The position numbers and the translations under genes were made by a program. Below, piece after piece: positions 24,429 to 34,162 of a DNA stretch of 64,000 bases. The notes beneath the pieces are model-generated. The model was given only the letters and a program-made list of their open reading frames with translations, was not told the origin of the DNA and did not search any database. This stretch comes from a virus (taxonomy: Duplodnaviria; Caudoviricetes): IMG/VR virus record IMGVR_UViG_2706796142_000001, positions 1 through 64,000 of that record; one strand, written 5' to 3'. Position 1 is the first letter of the stretch; each line of letters starts with the position of its first letter.

Positions 24429-26599
24429 ACAAGACCCTCGTGACAATCGTAGCGTTGTCCGTGGATAACCGTACTGCAACTCTGTATTTGCAGGATGGAA
24501 CCACGCTGACAATGAAGCAGGGTGACTCACGTCTCCCTAATATCGCAGCCGTTGCCAAAGAAGCATTTGGCAAAGGTCTGAAGAGTGTTGAGGTGGATGT
24601 TACCGTTCCGGTAGCTGAGAACACCGAATACGCTGACGCAGAGCGTGGAACCAAAGGAGCTGTTAAGTTCTTCCGTGTGGCTAAGTCGCTGCTGAAAAAG
24701 CTGCTTAACACTGATTCACCACAGGAAGTACCGGAAGAAGTGGCATATGTATCACCACTGGATATCGGTACTTTCCCCGGTCGGGAACCTGAACCTGTAC
24801 AGTTCGACTCTGCCGTATCAGCTCAATTGCTTGAGATGATTAAGGTCAGTGGTAACTGGCAGGTAATTCTGACCGACAACAGCAGCAATAGCTTGCAGAA
24901 GGTAGCTGCTATTAAGTTGGTTCGCACTGTCGGTAATCTGGGGCTGAAACAGGCCAAAGATCTGCTGGAACAGCCTGTGCCTGCTGTGATTCTCGGTGGT
25001 TACGACGAGAAGACAGCATTTACCATCTGTCAGTGGTTGAAAGAGTTCGGCTATAAGGCGGATATCGATTACGTAGAGGTTGCTTCATTGGAGCCATGGG
25101 GGCCAACCGCAGAGGAGCAGTTAGCTGAACCTGTGCAGGAAACGAAGGCAGAGCCGACTAACGATCAGAAACTGGATGCTGCTGGTGAGCGTATGCGTAT
25201 GCTCATGGACGGTGGCAAGCAGACTTCTGATCCAGAGTTCCATAAGCCTCTCGATGAATCTGTGGAAACTATCGTTGCTGTACACCAGTCCAGCGGTATG
25301 GTCGTGCCGGATGCTCACAAGCTGTCTCGTCAGCTCAGGGCATCTGCAAAGTTGAAAGACTATGCTGGCTTTGAGAAGTTCCTCGAACGTCTGTCCTTGA
25401 TCATCAATGACCGTGCTCACTCGGTTGAAGATCTGATGAAGTTCATCGAGAAAGGCGATCTGCCAATCGCTGACGATGGCTGCATTGTGATCTACAAACG
25501 TTTGAACCGTGCGATTAACGGTGTGATGACTGACGTTCACAGCGGCAGAATCAAACAGAAAGTAGGCTCGTATGTCTTTATGCGAGCTGGTCTGGTTGAT
25601 CCTAACCGCCGTCAGGACTGCTCAAACGGTCTACACGTTGCGTCTCTGTCGTACCTCGGTGGTTTCAGTGGTGTAGAAACTGTTATCGCCAAGGTGCGTC
25701 CAGAGGATGTATTCGCTGTGCCGGAGTACAGTACCAACAAGATGCGTGTGTGTGGTTATCACATTCTGGGCATCCTGCCAGAGAACCTGCGTGTTCTGGT
25801 AAACGGTGGTGGTTCTATCTCCAGCGTTCCAGAAGGTGCAATCCTGCTGGGCAGTGTTCTGCGTGGGCATCATATCGGTATTACTCAGCACGTCGAGATC
25901 GGTGGTCAAAGCGGAACTAACGTGACCTACACCGATGTGGCTGTGGACAGTGCCGATGATTTGGTTGTAACGGCAGCGACTGCACCTCGTGCAGAAACGC
26001 TGGATCTCGCTGAAGAGTTGCAGGCTAAAGTACCTGTGGCTCCAGACGTAATGCCTGACGAACTGGTGGATAAACCTGTGGACAAAATTAAGCGTTCAAC
26101 GCCAGTCAATCGCAAAGCGACTGGAACCAAGAAGAAAGGGGCTAAATCCAAGCCTGCTAAAGCTGCCAAGCGTGCTGTGAGTAAGTCTCCGGCGTTTGCT
26201 GCTGCTTATGGCAATGTGGCTGGTGCATCAACCTCTGACGTAGCGAACGATGCTGCCAAGAAGTTGTTGCAGATGAAGTCTGCTGCACGCAAAGGCTGGG
26301 ACAAACTGGGCTTCACCAACGAAGAAGTTGCAATCGTGATGAACTCAGTGAGTAAAACAACCAATGCGAAAGCTGAAGGTATTCTGGAAACTCGTGCGAA
26401 AGCCGAGAAACGTAAAGACAGTGGTAAGGCGAATCCGAATTCTCCTGCCGGGCTGATTCGTGGAATGTTGGAGAAAGGCAACTTGTCTGTTGACGAGTAT
26501 AAAGCCATTGTCCTTCTGAAGCGTAAAGCCAAGAAAGGCTGGCAGGCTCTGGGTGTATCCGAAGCGGAACAGGCAGAGATCGAAAAGCATACCAAGTAA
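24425..26599 (+). CDS. rIIB: rIIB-like protein with inserted bL12-like domain
   Basis: DGCIVIYK, D.HSG, QDCSNGLHVAS, V.P.DV..VP.Y...KMRVC.Y core. Confidence 0.9.
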   Translation: MNKTLVTIVALSVDNRTATLYLQDGTTLTMKQGDSRLPNIAAVAKEAFGKGLKSVEVDVTVPVAENTEYADAERGTKGAVKFFRVAKSLLKKLLNTDSPQEVPEEVAYVSPLDIGTFPGREPEPVQFDSAVSAQLLEMIKVSGNWQVILTDNSSNSLQKVAAIKLVRTVGNLGLKQAKDLLEQPVPAVILGGYDEKTAFTICQWLKEFGYKADIDYVEVASLEPWGPTAEEQLAEPVQETKAEPTNDQKLDAAGERMRMLMDGGKQTSDPEFHKPLDESVETIVAVHQSSGMVVPDAHKLSRQLRASAKLKDYAGFEKFLERLSLIINDRAHSVEDLMKFIEKGDLPIADDGCIVIYKRLNRAINGVMTDVHSGRIKQKVGSYVFMRAGLVDPNRRQDCSNGLHVASLSYLGGFSGVETVIAKVRPEDVFAVPEYSTNKMRVCGYHILGILPENLRVLVNGGGSISSVPEGAILLGSVLRGHHIGITQHVEIGGQSGTNVTYTDVAVDSADDLVVTAATAPRAETLDLAEELQAKVPVAPDVMPDELVDKPVDKIKRSTPVNRKATGTKKKGAKSKPAKAAKRAVSKSPAFAAAYGNVAGASTSDVANDAAKKLLQMKSAARKGWDKLGFTNEEVAIVMNSVSKTTNAKAEGILETRAKAEKRKDSGKANPNSPAGLIRGMLEKGNLSVDEYKAIVLLKRKAKKGWQALGVSEAEQAEIEKHTK

Positions 26600-26611
26600 G
26601 TAGCTACTTCC

Positions 26612-26648
26612 AAAATACCTCTAGTCTCTATAGACTAGGGGTATTTTT
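26612..26648 (+). terminator. Rho-independent terminator
   Basis: AAAATACCTCTAGTCT-CTAT-AGACTAGGGGTATTTT. Confidence 0.8.
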
Positions 26649-26665
26649 TATGGGAGTAACAAACT

Positions 26666-26986
26666 ATGTCACAAGTATTCCGTCCTAATCGCAAGGCAAC
26701 TGACGGCGATATTATTCGTCTTAATAGTGTGGGTCTGTCTTTGTCCACGATTGCAAAAGTTCTGGATTGTCATCCAACCACTATTACCCTGCGACTCAAG
26801 TCTCTGAATATAGCTCCTGCTGATACACGTCGAACCTTCATGGAAGATGTGTTTACCTCGCTGTCTCAGAACCAACAAGAGTGGTTAGCTGATCAGCTAG
26901 GCCCACATATTTCCATTAAGGACTTTGTGCGAAATCTGTTAGTTCGTGCCTACCTTGATAAGAAACCGGATAACGACAATGCCTAA
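26666..26986 (+). CDS. HTH DNA-binding protein
   Basis: GLSLSTIAKVLDCHPTTITLRL helix-turn-helix. Confidence 0.75.
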   Translation: MSQVFRPNRKATDGDIIRLNSVGLSLSTIAKVLDCHPTTITLRLKSLNIAPADTRRTFMEDVFTSLSQNQQEWLADQLGPHISIKDFVRNLLVRAYLDKKPDNDNA

Positions 26987-27437
26987 TCCACTTTACGATA
27001 CTCTCCTGTGGTTCCAAAAAGCTGTACCGGAGCCGGGAACCAAGAACATCAACGTTCAGACTGGCGTCCACTTTGAAGAAGTGGTTGAGATGCTGGCTGA
27101 GATGGAAGGTACTGACCAGACGACTCGTACCATGATCTATCAGGCTGCTGATTATCTTGGCAGACTGGCAGAGCATTTGAAAACTTCAAATGCCGATCTG
27201 AAATTCACTCTGAAAGATGAAGTGAAGTTCCTCGATGCTCTCTGTGACCAAGTGGTTACAGCCACTGGTACTGCTCACATGCATAACTTCCTTTTCCACG
27301 GTGCGATGATGGAAGTGAACAGCTCCAACTTCAGCAAGTTTGTGGATGGTGAGCCTGTATTCGATGAGAATCGTAAAATCAAAAAAGGCCCAGACTATCG
27401 TCTGGCTAACCTCGAACCATTCGTGAAACCGCAGTAA
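26979..27437 (+). CDS. MazG-like / PRA-PH NTP pyrophosphohydrolase
   Basis: HFEEVVE, LDALCDQVVTATG, V..SNFSK, KI.KGP.Y; start moved to ATG 26979. Confidence 0.85.
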   Translation: MPNPLYDTLLWFQKAVPEPGTKNINVQTGVHFEEVVEMLAEMEGTDQTTRTMIYQAADYLGRLAEHLKTSNADLKFTLKDEVKFLDALCDQVVTATGTAHMHNFLFHGAMMEVNSSNFSKFVDGEPVFDENRKIKKGPDYRLANLEPFVKPQ

Positions 27438-27461
27438 TTTGTTTTTGCGGTCTGTTCATAT

Positions 27462-27486
27462 AAGCCACTGATTCTAGTGGCTTTTT
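27462..27486 (+). terminator. Rho-independent terminator
   Basis: AAGCCACT-GATTCT-AGTGGCTT plus T-run. Confidence 0.75.
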
Positions 27487-27510
27487 AACATTAAATTGGA
27501 GAGTCTCTAA

Positions 27511-28818
27511 ATGCTTGAGTCACCCAAGACCGCACCGCTAAATGCTGGACAGCAGGCAGCGGCTGACGGTTTCTTTGCATTCCTGTTCGATCAGACACAG
27601 GAGATTATTATTTCCGGTGCCGGGGGTGTCGGTAAGACATTCCTGATGGGCTATCTCATTGATGAGATCATGCCCCGTTATTTCAGTACCTGTCAGTTGA
27701 TGGATATTAAGCCTGAATTCGATGAGGTCGTAATGGCTGCTACCACCAACAAGGCAGCAGAAGTACTGACCCTCAGCACTAGCCGTGGTTGTGGAACGAT
27801 CCACTCCTTCATGAACCTCAAAGTTCGTGATGATTACGGTACTGGTCGAAGTATTCTGACCAAGAAAAACACATGGACTGTTCATCAAAACAAGATAGTT
27901 TTCATCGATGAATGCTCCATGATCGATAGTGCATTACTGGCAATGCTGAAAGAGGGAACCCATAAATGCAAAATCGTTTATGTCGGTGATCACTCTCAGT
28001 TGGCTCCAGTTATGGAAGCGATTTCACCAATCTACCGTAACAACATTCCGATGTTCGTACTGACGGAACCAATGAGGAACGCTGGTCAGCCAGCCCTGTT
28101 GGAAGTCTGTCAGCAACTTCGTGACACAGTTGAAACGGGTGTGTTTAACCCGATTAAAATTGTGCCGGGTGTAATCGATCACATGACCAGCGAAGAAATG
28201 CAGGCTGAGATCGATAAGCACTTTGTAAGTGGTGAAACTGAATCCCGTATCCTCGGCTACACCAACAAACGTGTGCAGGATTATAACCAGTACATTCGTG
28301 AAGTCCGTGGTCTGCCTGAGCAGTTCACCGTGGGTGAGCACCTGATTAATAACTCTGGGATCCAGTTTAAAAACGGGATGCTGAGTGTTGAGCAGGAGGT
28401 GAAAATCACTTTCATGTCTTCCCAGACAGCTTCGATTCGTATCGAGGAAGGTGTGGAGATGGATGTGCATATCTGCACTCTGGAAACCATGCTGGGTGAG
28501 CGATACGAAAACGTGAAGATCCCGGCAAACCGGGAGCATTACGAAGCTCTGGTAGCCTACTACCGAAGGATGAAGAACTGGGAACGGTTCTATTTCCTGA
28601 AGAATAACTTCCCCGATCTGCGTCCTCGTGATGCCTGTACTGTTCACAAAAGTCAGGGCAGCAGTTATGACACGACATTCATTGATCTGAATGACCTGTC
28701 CACCTGCCGTAACCCTGATCTGGCTGCCCGTCTGCTATACGTAGCATTCACTCGTGCTCGTAATCGTGTAGTGCTGTATGGCGAACTGGCTGAGAAATTT
28801 GGTGGTCTGATCCAGTAG
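27511..28818 (+). CDS. SF1B (Dda/RecD-like) DNA helicase
   Basis: GAGGVGKT, IDECSM, GD..QL.PV, TVHKSQGS, YVAFTRAR. Confidence 0.92.
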   Translation: MLESPKTAPLNAGQQAAADGFFAFLFDQTQEIIISGAGGVGKTFLMGYLIDEIMPRYFSTCQLMDIKPEFDEVVMAATTNKAAEVLTLSTSRGCGTIHSFMNLKVRDDYGTGRSILTKKNTWTVHQNKIVFIDECSMIDSALLAMLKEGTHKCKIVYVGDHSQLAPVMEAISPIYRNNIPMFVLTEPMRNAGQPALLEVCQQLRDTVETGVFNPIKIVPGVIDHMTSEEMQAEIDKHFVSGETESRILGYTNKRVQDYNQYIREVRGLPEQFTVGEHLINNSGIQFKNGMLSVEQEVKITFMSSQTASIRIEEGVEMDVHICTLETMLGERYENVKIPANREHYEALVAYYRRMKNWERFYFLKNNFPDLRPRDACTVHKSQGSSYDTTFIDLNDLSTCRNPDLAARLLYVAFTRARNRVVLYGELAEKFGGLIQ

Positions 28819-28826
28819 GAGAGAGA

Positions 28827-29324
28827 ATGTCTAGTTCTACCGTTATGGGCTTAATTGACCGTATTCTCAATGACTTGTTTAAGGCTGAGAAGAGACGGTT
28901 AGCAACCGCAATCGATCAACTGGTTGAGGCCAACGAAGAGTATGTTCAGAGCCAAATGAGAGCCTTCATGTTCAATGGTGATATCTATACCCATAGCCAA
29001 AATGGGTACAGGGATCGTCCACCAATGTTGGCATGGGCTTTGACAGACAGAATGGTTGCTCACATTAAAGACCAGAAGGCTGTCAACATGGACAAACAGC
29101 AAATAGGGCAGATGCTCTTTTCACTGTTTGGCACAAATCCTGACTGGCAACATGTACTTAACCATTTACCACCTTGTCTGGTTCCACTGGTTCCTGAGAC
29201 GAATGCTTACCAGCGTTCTTTCGGTGTGGAAGATCACATTCAACACGACGAGCGATTACTTCGGCAATACCGTAAGATACTTCCGAAAATCGAGATGTAT
29301 AGTGTGACCGGGCTACTTTATTAG
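28827..29324 (+). CDS. Hypothetical protein (N4 gp38 position)
   Basis: Between helicase and polymerase; GGAG RBS. Confidence 0.7.
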   Translation: MSSSTVMGLIDRILNDLFKAEKRRLATAIDQLVEANEEYVQSQMRAFMFNGDIYTHSQNGYRDRPPMLAWALTDRMVAHIKDQKAVNMDKQQIGQMLFSLFGTNPDWQHVLNHLPPCLVPLVPETNAYQRSFGVEDHIQHDERLLRQYRKILPKIEMYSVTGLLY

Positions 29325-29335
29325 GCAGGTGATTA

Positions 29336-31954
29336 ATGAGGAATCTTACGTTCGCAGAGCAGACCAATTATCCGGTCTGCCTGCTGGTATCCGATATCCG
29401 GCAAGACGAGATCAAACGGGCTTATTTCACCGACTATGGTGTTGAGCCAGAAGATGCCATTGTGCTGACGTTGCATCAGGCACCGGGCAAGAAGAAGACT
29501 CCTATGGGAGAAATGAGATCGTACATTGTGGACGAACTCGTACCCATCTGGAAAGACTTCCAAGTCCAGTATGTCCTGTGTACTGACGCCGATTATTTCA
29601 AAGCATTGACCAAAGCGACAAAGGTTGATGCCAACTTAGGTTACGTGCTGGATACCGACTATGGTGTGAAAGCAATTTACGTACCAAGTTACAGAAGCAT
29701 CTTCTATGATCCCCAGAAGATTACTGCAAAAATTGCACAGGGTATGAATGCTCTTGTGGCTCATGTCACTGGTGAGTATAAAAAACCCGGCAGCAGTATT
29801 ATTCATTATGCTGCTTATCCTACTCAGCTTCACGAAATTGAGGAGTGGCTGGTTAAGCTACTCGCAATGAATACCCCACTGGCTATCGATATTGAGGCAT
29901 TCAGTCTCAAGCACGCTACTGCCGGAATTGGCACCATTACTTTCTGCTGGAACCAGCATGAAGGGGTGGCATTCCCTGTGGACTATCAGCCTATCGCTGG
30001 GGCAACAAAGGCACCATTTGGCAGGAACGTCCGTAATGAACCAGTGAGAAGAATGCTCCGTGCTTTCTTCGAGCAGTATATGTCTACAGCGATTTATCAC
30101 AATATTGCTTATGACGTTTACGTGTTGATTTATCAACTCTTTATGGATGACCTTCTGGACACATCCGGCCTACTTACAGGCTTAGATGTGATGCTCAGAA
30201 ACTGGGATGATACAAAGCTGATCACTTATCTGGCGACGAATTCGTGTGCCGGAAACAAGTTAGGCTTGAAAGACCAATCACAGGAATTTGCGGGTAACTA
30301 TGCTGAGGAAGGTATCAAGGATATCTGTAATATCCCTCTGGATCAGCTGCTGCAATATAACCTCGTCGATGGTCTGTCAACGTGGTATGTGCATAACAAA
30401 CACTGGGATACGATGGTTGCTGACCAGCAGGAGCATATCTATGCCACCCTGTTCCAGCCAGCAACCAAAGACATCATTCAAATGCAGCTCACTGGTATGC
30501 CACTGAACATGAAACGTGTTCTGGAGGTGGAAGCCATCATGCAGCATGACAATGATCTCGCAGTCAAAGCTATGCGTAATACCCCAATCATCCAGCAGTA
30601 CTCTTACCGGATGCTTGAGCAGTACATCGACAAGATGCACAAAAAGTGGAAGCAGAAGCGAACCACTATTGCCGAGGTACAAGAAGAAGCCAAGACGAAC
30701 AGTAAGATATTGAAGATGATCACCTTCAATCCGAACAGCAACCTGCAATTACAGGATCTGCTGTTTAACGTACTGCAACTTCCCGTGATCTCTCTGACAG
30801 ACAGTAAGGAGCCAAGTACAGATGGGGATACCATCGATGCACTGTTAAACCATGCAACCGATCCCGAAGTACTGAAATTCCTGAAAGCTCTGAAAGAGTA
30901 TAAGGCTGTCGATAAAATCCTGACCAGCTTCATTCCGGCAATGAAGAATGCTGCTCTGGCAAATGATGGTTGGCATTATCTGTTCGGTAACTTCAACCTC
31001 GGTGGAACGTTATCCGGGCGGTTAAGCTCATCCGATCCAAACCTGCAAAACCTACCAGCGAAAGAGAATAAATACTCCAAGCTGATCAAGTCTTGCTTCC
31101 AAGCTCCACCGGGTTGGATGTTCTGTGGTCTGGACTTTGCAAGTCTGGAAGACAGGATCTCTGCTGTTACCACTAAAGACCCAAATAAACTGAAGGTGTA
31201 TACCGATGGTTATGACGGTCACTGTCTTCGTGCTTATGCTTACTTTGGTGAGCAGATGCCAGACATTGTGGATACTGTAGAGTCCATCAACTCCATTGAG
31301 AAGAAGTACAAAGCTCTCCGTGGTGACAGTAAGGCACCAACATTTGCACTGACTTATCAGGGTACTCATCATACTCTGATGAAGAACTGTGGTTTCCCTA
31401 AAGAGAAAGCTGTACTGGTTGAGAACCGTTTCAAGGAACTCTACAAAGTGAGTATCGACTGGGTTGATGCCAAGCTGCAAGAAGCCAGTAAGGTTGGCTA
31501 TGTGACTGTTGCATTTGGTCTGCGTGTCAGGACTCCACTGCTCAAGCAAGTGATCCGTAAGACAAGTAAGACACCATATGAGGCAGAAGCAGAAGGTCGT
31601 ACAGCAGGTAATGCACTGGGCCAGAGTTGGTGTTTACTCAACTCTCGTGCAAGTGTCGAGTTTATGGAGAAGGTTAGATCCAGTAAACACAGGCTTGATA
31701 TCCGACCATGTGCTCACATTCATGATGCTCAGTACATGATGGTCAGAGATGATATCGATGCCTTGCTCTATGCCAATGAGCATTTAGTGGAAGCTGTTAA
31801 GTGGCAGGAGCATCCTGACATTGCCCACGACGATGTGAAACTGGGAGGTGAGTTCGGTATCTTCTATCCAGACTGGGGCCATGAAATAACGATCCCTAAT
31901 GGAGCCAGTAAAGAAGATATCTATCAAGCGATTGATACTGCTTTAGCTGCTTAA
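29336..31954 (+). CDS. polA: Family A DNA polymerase with 3'-5' exonuclease
   Basis: Exo DIE, PNLQNLP, motif A DFASLEDR, motif B R..SKAPTFALTYQG, motif C HIHD; uninterrupted. Confidence 0.95.
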   Translation: MRNLTFAEQTNYPVCLLVSDIRQDEIKRAYFTDYGVEPEDAIVLTLHQAPGKKKTPMGEMRSYIVDELVPIWKDFQVQYVLCTDADYFKALTKATKVDANLGYVLDTDYGVKAIYVPSYRSIFYDPQKITAKIAQGMNALVAHVTGEYKKPGSSIIHYAAYPTQLHEIEEWLVKLLAMNTPLAIDIEAFSLKHATAGIGTITFCWNQHEGVAFPVDYQPIAGATKAPFGRNVRNEPVRRMLRAFFEQYMSTAIYHNIAYDVYVLIYQLFMDDLLDTSGLLTGLDVMLRNWDDTKLITYLATNSCAGNKLGLKDQSQEFAGNYAEEGIKDICNIPLDQLLQYNLVDGLSTWYVHNKHWDTMVADQQEHIYATLFQPATKDIIQMQLTGMPLNMKRVLEVEAIMQHDNDLAVKAMRNTPIIQQYSYRMLEQYIDKMHKKWKQKRTTIAEVQEEAKTNSKILKMITFNPNSNLQLQDLLFNVLQLPVISLTDSKEPSTDGDTIDALLNHATDPEVLKFLKALKEYKAVDKILTSFIPAMKNAALANDGWHYLFGNFNLGGTLSGRLSSSDPNLQNLPAKENKYSKLIKSCFQAPPGWMFCGLDFASLEDRISAVTTKDPNKLKVYTDGYDGHCLRAYAYFGEQMPDIVDTVESINSIEKKYKALRGDSKAPTFALTYQGTHHTLMKNCGFPKEKAVLVENRFKELYKVSIDWVDAKLQEASKVGYVTVAFGLRVRTPLLKQVIRKTSKTPYEAEAEGRTAGNALGQSWCLLNSRASVEFMEKVRSSKHRLDIRPCAHIHDAQYMMVRDDIDALLYANEHLVEAVKWQEHPDIAHDDVKLGGEFGIFYPDWGHEITIPNGASKEDIYQAIDTALAA

Positions 31955-32005
31955 CAGTAATGTATACTCTGGGGGAGTTTTCTCCCCTTGATTAAGGATT
32001 ACACA

Positions 32006-32650
32006 ATGACCACCAGCAAGATCGCAGTAAACGTGCTTAACAACCAGAATGAACAAGTGAAGGTTGTGGCTGCTGTCCTCATCGATCCAGTAACAGGATT
32101 ACCTTCTGATGGTGGTGGTTCCACTGGGTCAAACATCGACTTTGAACTCCTGTTAATTCAGGACTCAACCGGTGCTACCGGTATTCGTCGTGAGGTAAAT
32201 AACAACGGTACTATTACCGTGAATTATGAAACCCTCGACGGTGGTTCATGGACACCAACTCCCCCAACAAGTCTGGTATCAGCAGCCTTGCCACCAAACG
32301 CAGCAACTGCATCCGCACAAGCAACCTTGCTTACTGTGGTTCAGAACCTACTGATCGCAGCGAAGATGCCTACCTACAGTGCCGTCACCATTCTAAGTGT
32401 TGCTACTTCTGCTTCCGCAGGAGCAACTGCAACAGCGTTTGGTGCTCAGGCTTGTACTGGTCTGGATATCGTGAACAACTCCACTGTGGATATTGAATAT
32501 CAACGTGGTGGTGCAGGACAGTTTATGACCATCTCTGCTGGTACTTCCCGTCTGGTGACAGGCATTACTAATGCCAACCAGATCAGTGTTCGCCGTGTGG
32601 ATCAGGTAGCTACTGCCGTGACCATTAAAGCGGAGGCATTTGCCGTATGA
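32006..32650 (+). CDS. Beta-rich putative virion accessory protein
   Basis: AAGGA RBS before ATG 32006; Thr/Ala/Ser-rich with predicted C-terminal beta-sandwich. Confidence 0.6.
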   Translation: MTTSKIAVNVLNNQNEQVKVVAAVLIDPVTGLPSDGGGSTGSNIDFELLLIQDSTGATGIRREVNNNGTITVNYETLDGGSWTPTPPTSLVSAALPPNAATASAQATLLTVVQNLLIAAKMPTYSAVTILSVATSASAGATATAFGAQACTGLDIVNNSTVDIEYQRGGAGQFMTISAGTSRLVTGITNANQISVRRVDQVATAVTIKAEAFAV

Positions 32651-33321
32651 TGCGTCGAGTTCCCTTCTTGGGTTCACGGTCATTCACTAGTTCTAATTCT
32701 TTCTCTCGAAGGGTTGGAACAGTCCTGCCCGTGTTTACCACACAGCCTGTTACGCAGTCTCTGTTTCAGGAGAATGGGCAATTACTGATCACAGGTGCTG
32801 TGGTCAGGAATGCTTCAAGCTACCAGTGGCAGCGATCTACTGACGGGGTAACATTCACCGATGTTGCCGGGCAAACAGCAGCAGTGCTGAACCAAGCAGG
32901 AGTAACTGGGGGTTCGGCTACGTATCGCCTGAAGGCTATTAACGACAAGGGCTTTACGTACTCAAACAATGTTCAGGTGCTGTCTGCTTACCTGTGGATC
33001 CAGAACGACTCCAGCTCTGCTGATGGAAGTGCTCTGGGTACGACTAAGGTAACGAACAGTACCTATACCTTCAATGCTCCTGCTGGAAATAGGCCGTTTT
33101 CTGCGTTCTACCGTCTCCTCAGTGACAACAGCATTTTCATTCCAGAGGGAACTACTTCTGGGCGTGCTGTACCAACTTGGGTATCGAGTAATACAGCGGT
33201 TCTGCCTCAGACCCCAGTGACAGCAACAGGTCAATTGAACTGTGCGACCAAAGTAGGCAGTGCAACTCTGACTGCCTCAATTGGTAGATTGTCATCTGTG
33301 ATGAGTGCGACGATTACCTAA
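32647..33321 (+). CDS. Ig-like domain protein
   Basis: PVFTTQP...SYQWQ...Y.LKA.N (I-set-like) and C-terminal TWVSSN.AV...G.ATLTA (Big_2-like). Confidence 0.75.
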   Translation: MMRRVPFLGSRSFTSSNSFSRRVGTVLPVFTTQPVTQSLFQENGQLLITGAVVRNASSYQWQRSTDGVTFTDVAGQTAAVLNQAGVTGGSATYRLKAINDKGFTYSNNVQVLSAYLWIQNDSSSADGSALGTTKVTNSTYTFNAPAGNRPFSAFYRLLSDNSIFIPEGTTSGRAVPTWVSSNTAVLPQTPVTATGQLNCATKVGSATLTASIGRLSSVMSATIT

Positions 33322-33344
33322 GCTATCAAAAGCCAATAATTAAT

Positions 33345-33369
33345 AGGCTACAGTGATGTAGCCTTTTTT
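33345..33369 (+). terminator. Rho-independent terminator
   Basis: AGGCTACA-GTGA-TGTAGCCT plus T-run. Confidence 0.8.
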
Positions 33370-33448
33370 CTTTGGTACGTTTACCATTATCCACCCAACA
33401 TATCTTTTATCTGGGGAACTCTCCCCGATCCCAATAGGAGCAGTCTGC

Positions 33449-33826
33449 ATGTCTGAACAAGCGGCAAAAACTAACTATTTCTTAGTGACGGGTAAGGTTA
33501 TCTTTACCGTCAACATCCTGCCTGTACCAGAAAATCCTCAGATTGAGGAGATCGAACTGAACTCTCTGGTGAACCAGAATGCCTCTGTGCTAAGCCGTAA
33601 GAGCATCAGCAATGCTCAACTGGCACTACAGCAGCATTTCATTAAGCGTATCGGTGAGGACTCTCCTGTGTCCATTAACGATATCGTGATCACCAACATC
33701 GTTTCTCTGGGTCTGATGACCGAAGAAGAATTCAACGATGCCGCTGATATGGCACATCTGGAAAAAGAGCCAGCCAAACCTAACCTGTCTGTGGTGCAGA
33801 ATGAGCCGACCGAACCAACTGAGTAA
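33449..33826 (+). CDS. Hypothetical protein
   Basis: AGGAG RBS. Confidence 0.7.
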   Translation: MSEQAAKTNYFLVTGKVIFTVNILPVPENPQIEEIELNSLVNQNASVLSRKSISNAQLALQQHFIKRIGEDSPVSINDIVITNIVSLGLMTEEEFNDAADMAHLEKEPAKPNLSVVQNEPTEPTE

Positions 33827-34091
33827 AGAAGAGTCGGGGGGCCGGGTAAACTATTACCTCGCTGCTGTACTACATCCCCAACGGGAAAGCCAGCCACCTT
33901 ACACAGCCGAGTGTGAAGATATCATCGACGCACTGAATATGACTTTCGATGAGGCCAATATCTTTAAAGAGATCTGGCGTTCAGCGAATGAGCGTACTCA
34001 CGGTGCTGGGAAGGTTGGTAACACTCCTATCCGTGCTGCACAGAAGATGGTTCATTACTCCGGGCGAATCCTGCGTAAGCTGACTCGCTAG
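33801..34091 (+). CDS. DUF3310-like (T7 gp1.7/SaV-like) protein
   Basis: GGRVNYY, ECEDII.AL.M.F.EANIFK.IWR; start uncertain. Confidence 0.6.
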   Translation: MSRPNQLSKEESGGRVNYYLAAVLHPQRESQPPYTAECEDIIDALNMTFDEANIFKEIWRSANERTHGAGKVGNTPIRAAQKMVHYSGRILRKLTR

Positions 34092-34162
34092 AGAAGTAAA
34101 ACCAAAGCACTGTCAGTTTTTTATGGCAGTGCTTTACTGCTATTTCTCAGGAGATCTCCCCC

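Noticed and set aside
29336-31954. Intron or intein in the DNA polymerase (also checked helicase and primase)
   Set aside because: Frames are continuous and of normal length; no intein or homing-endonuclease motifs seen
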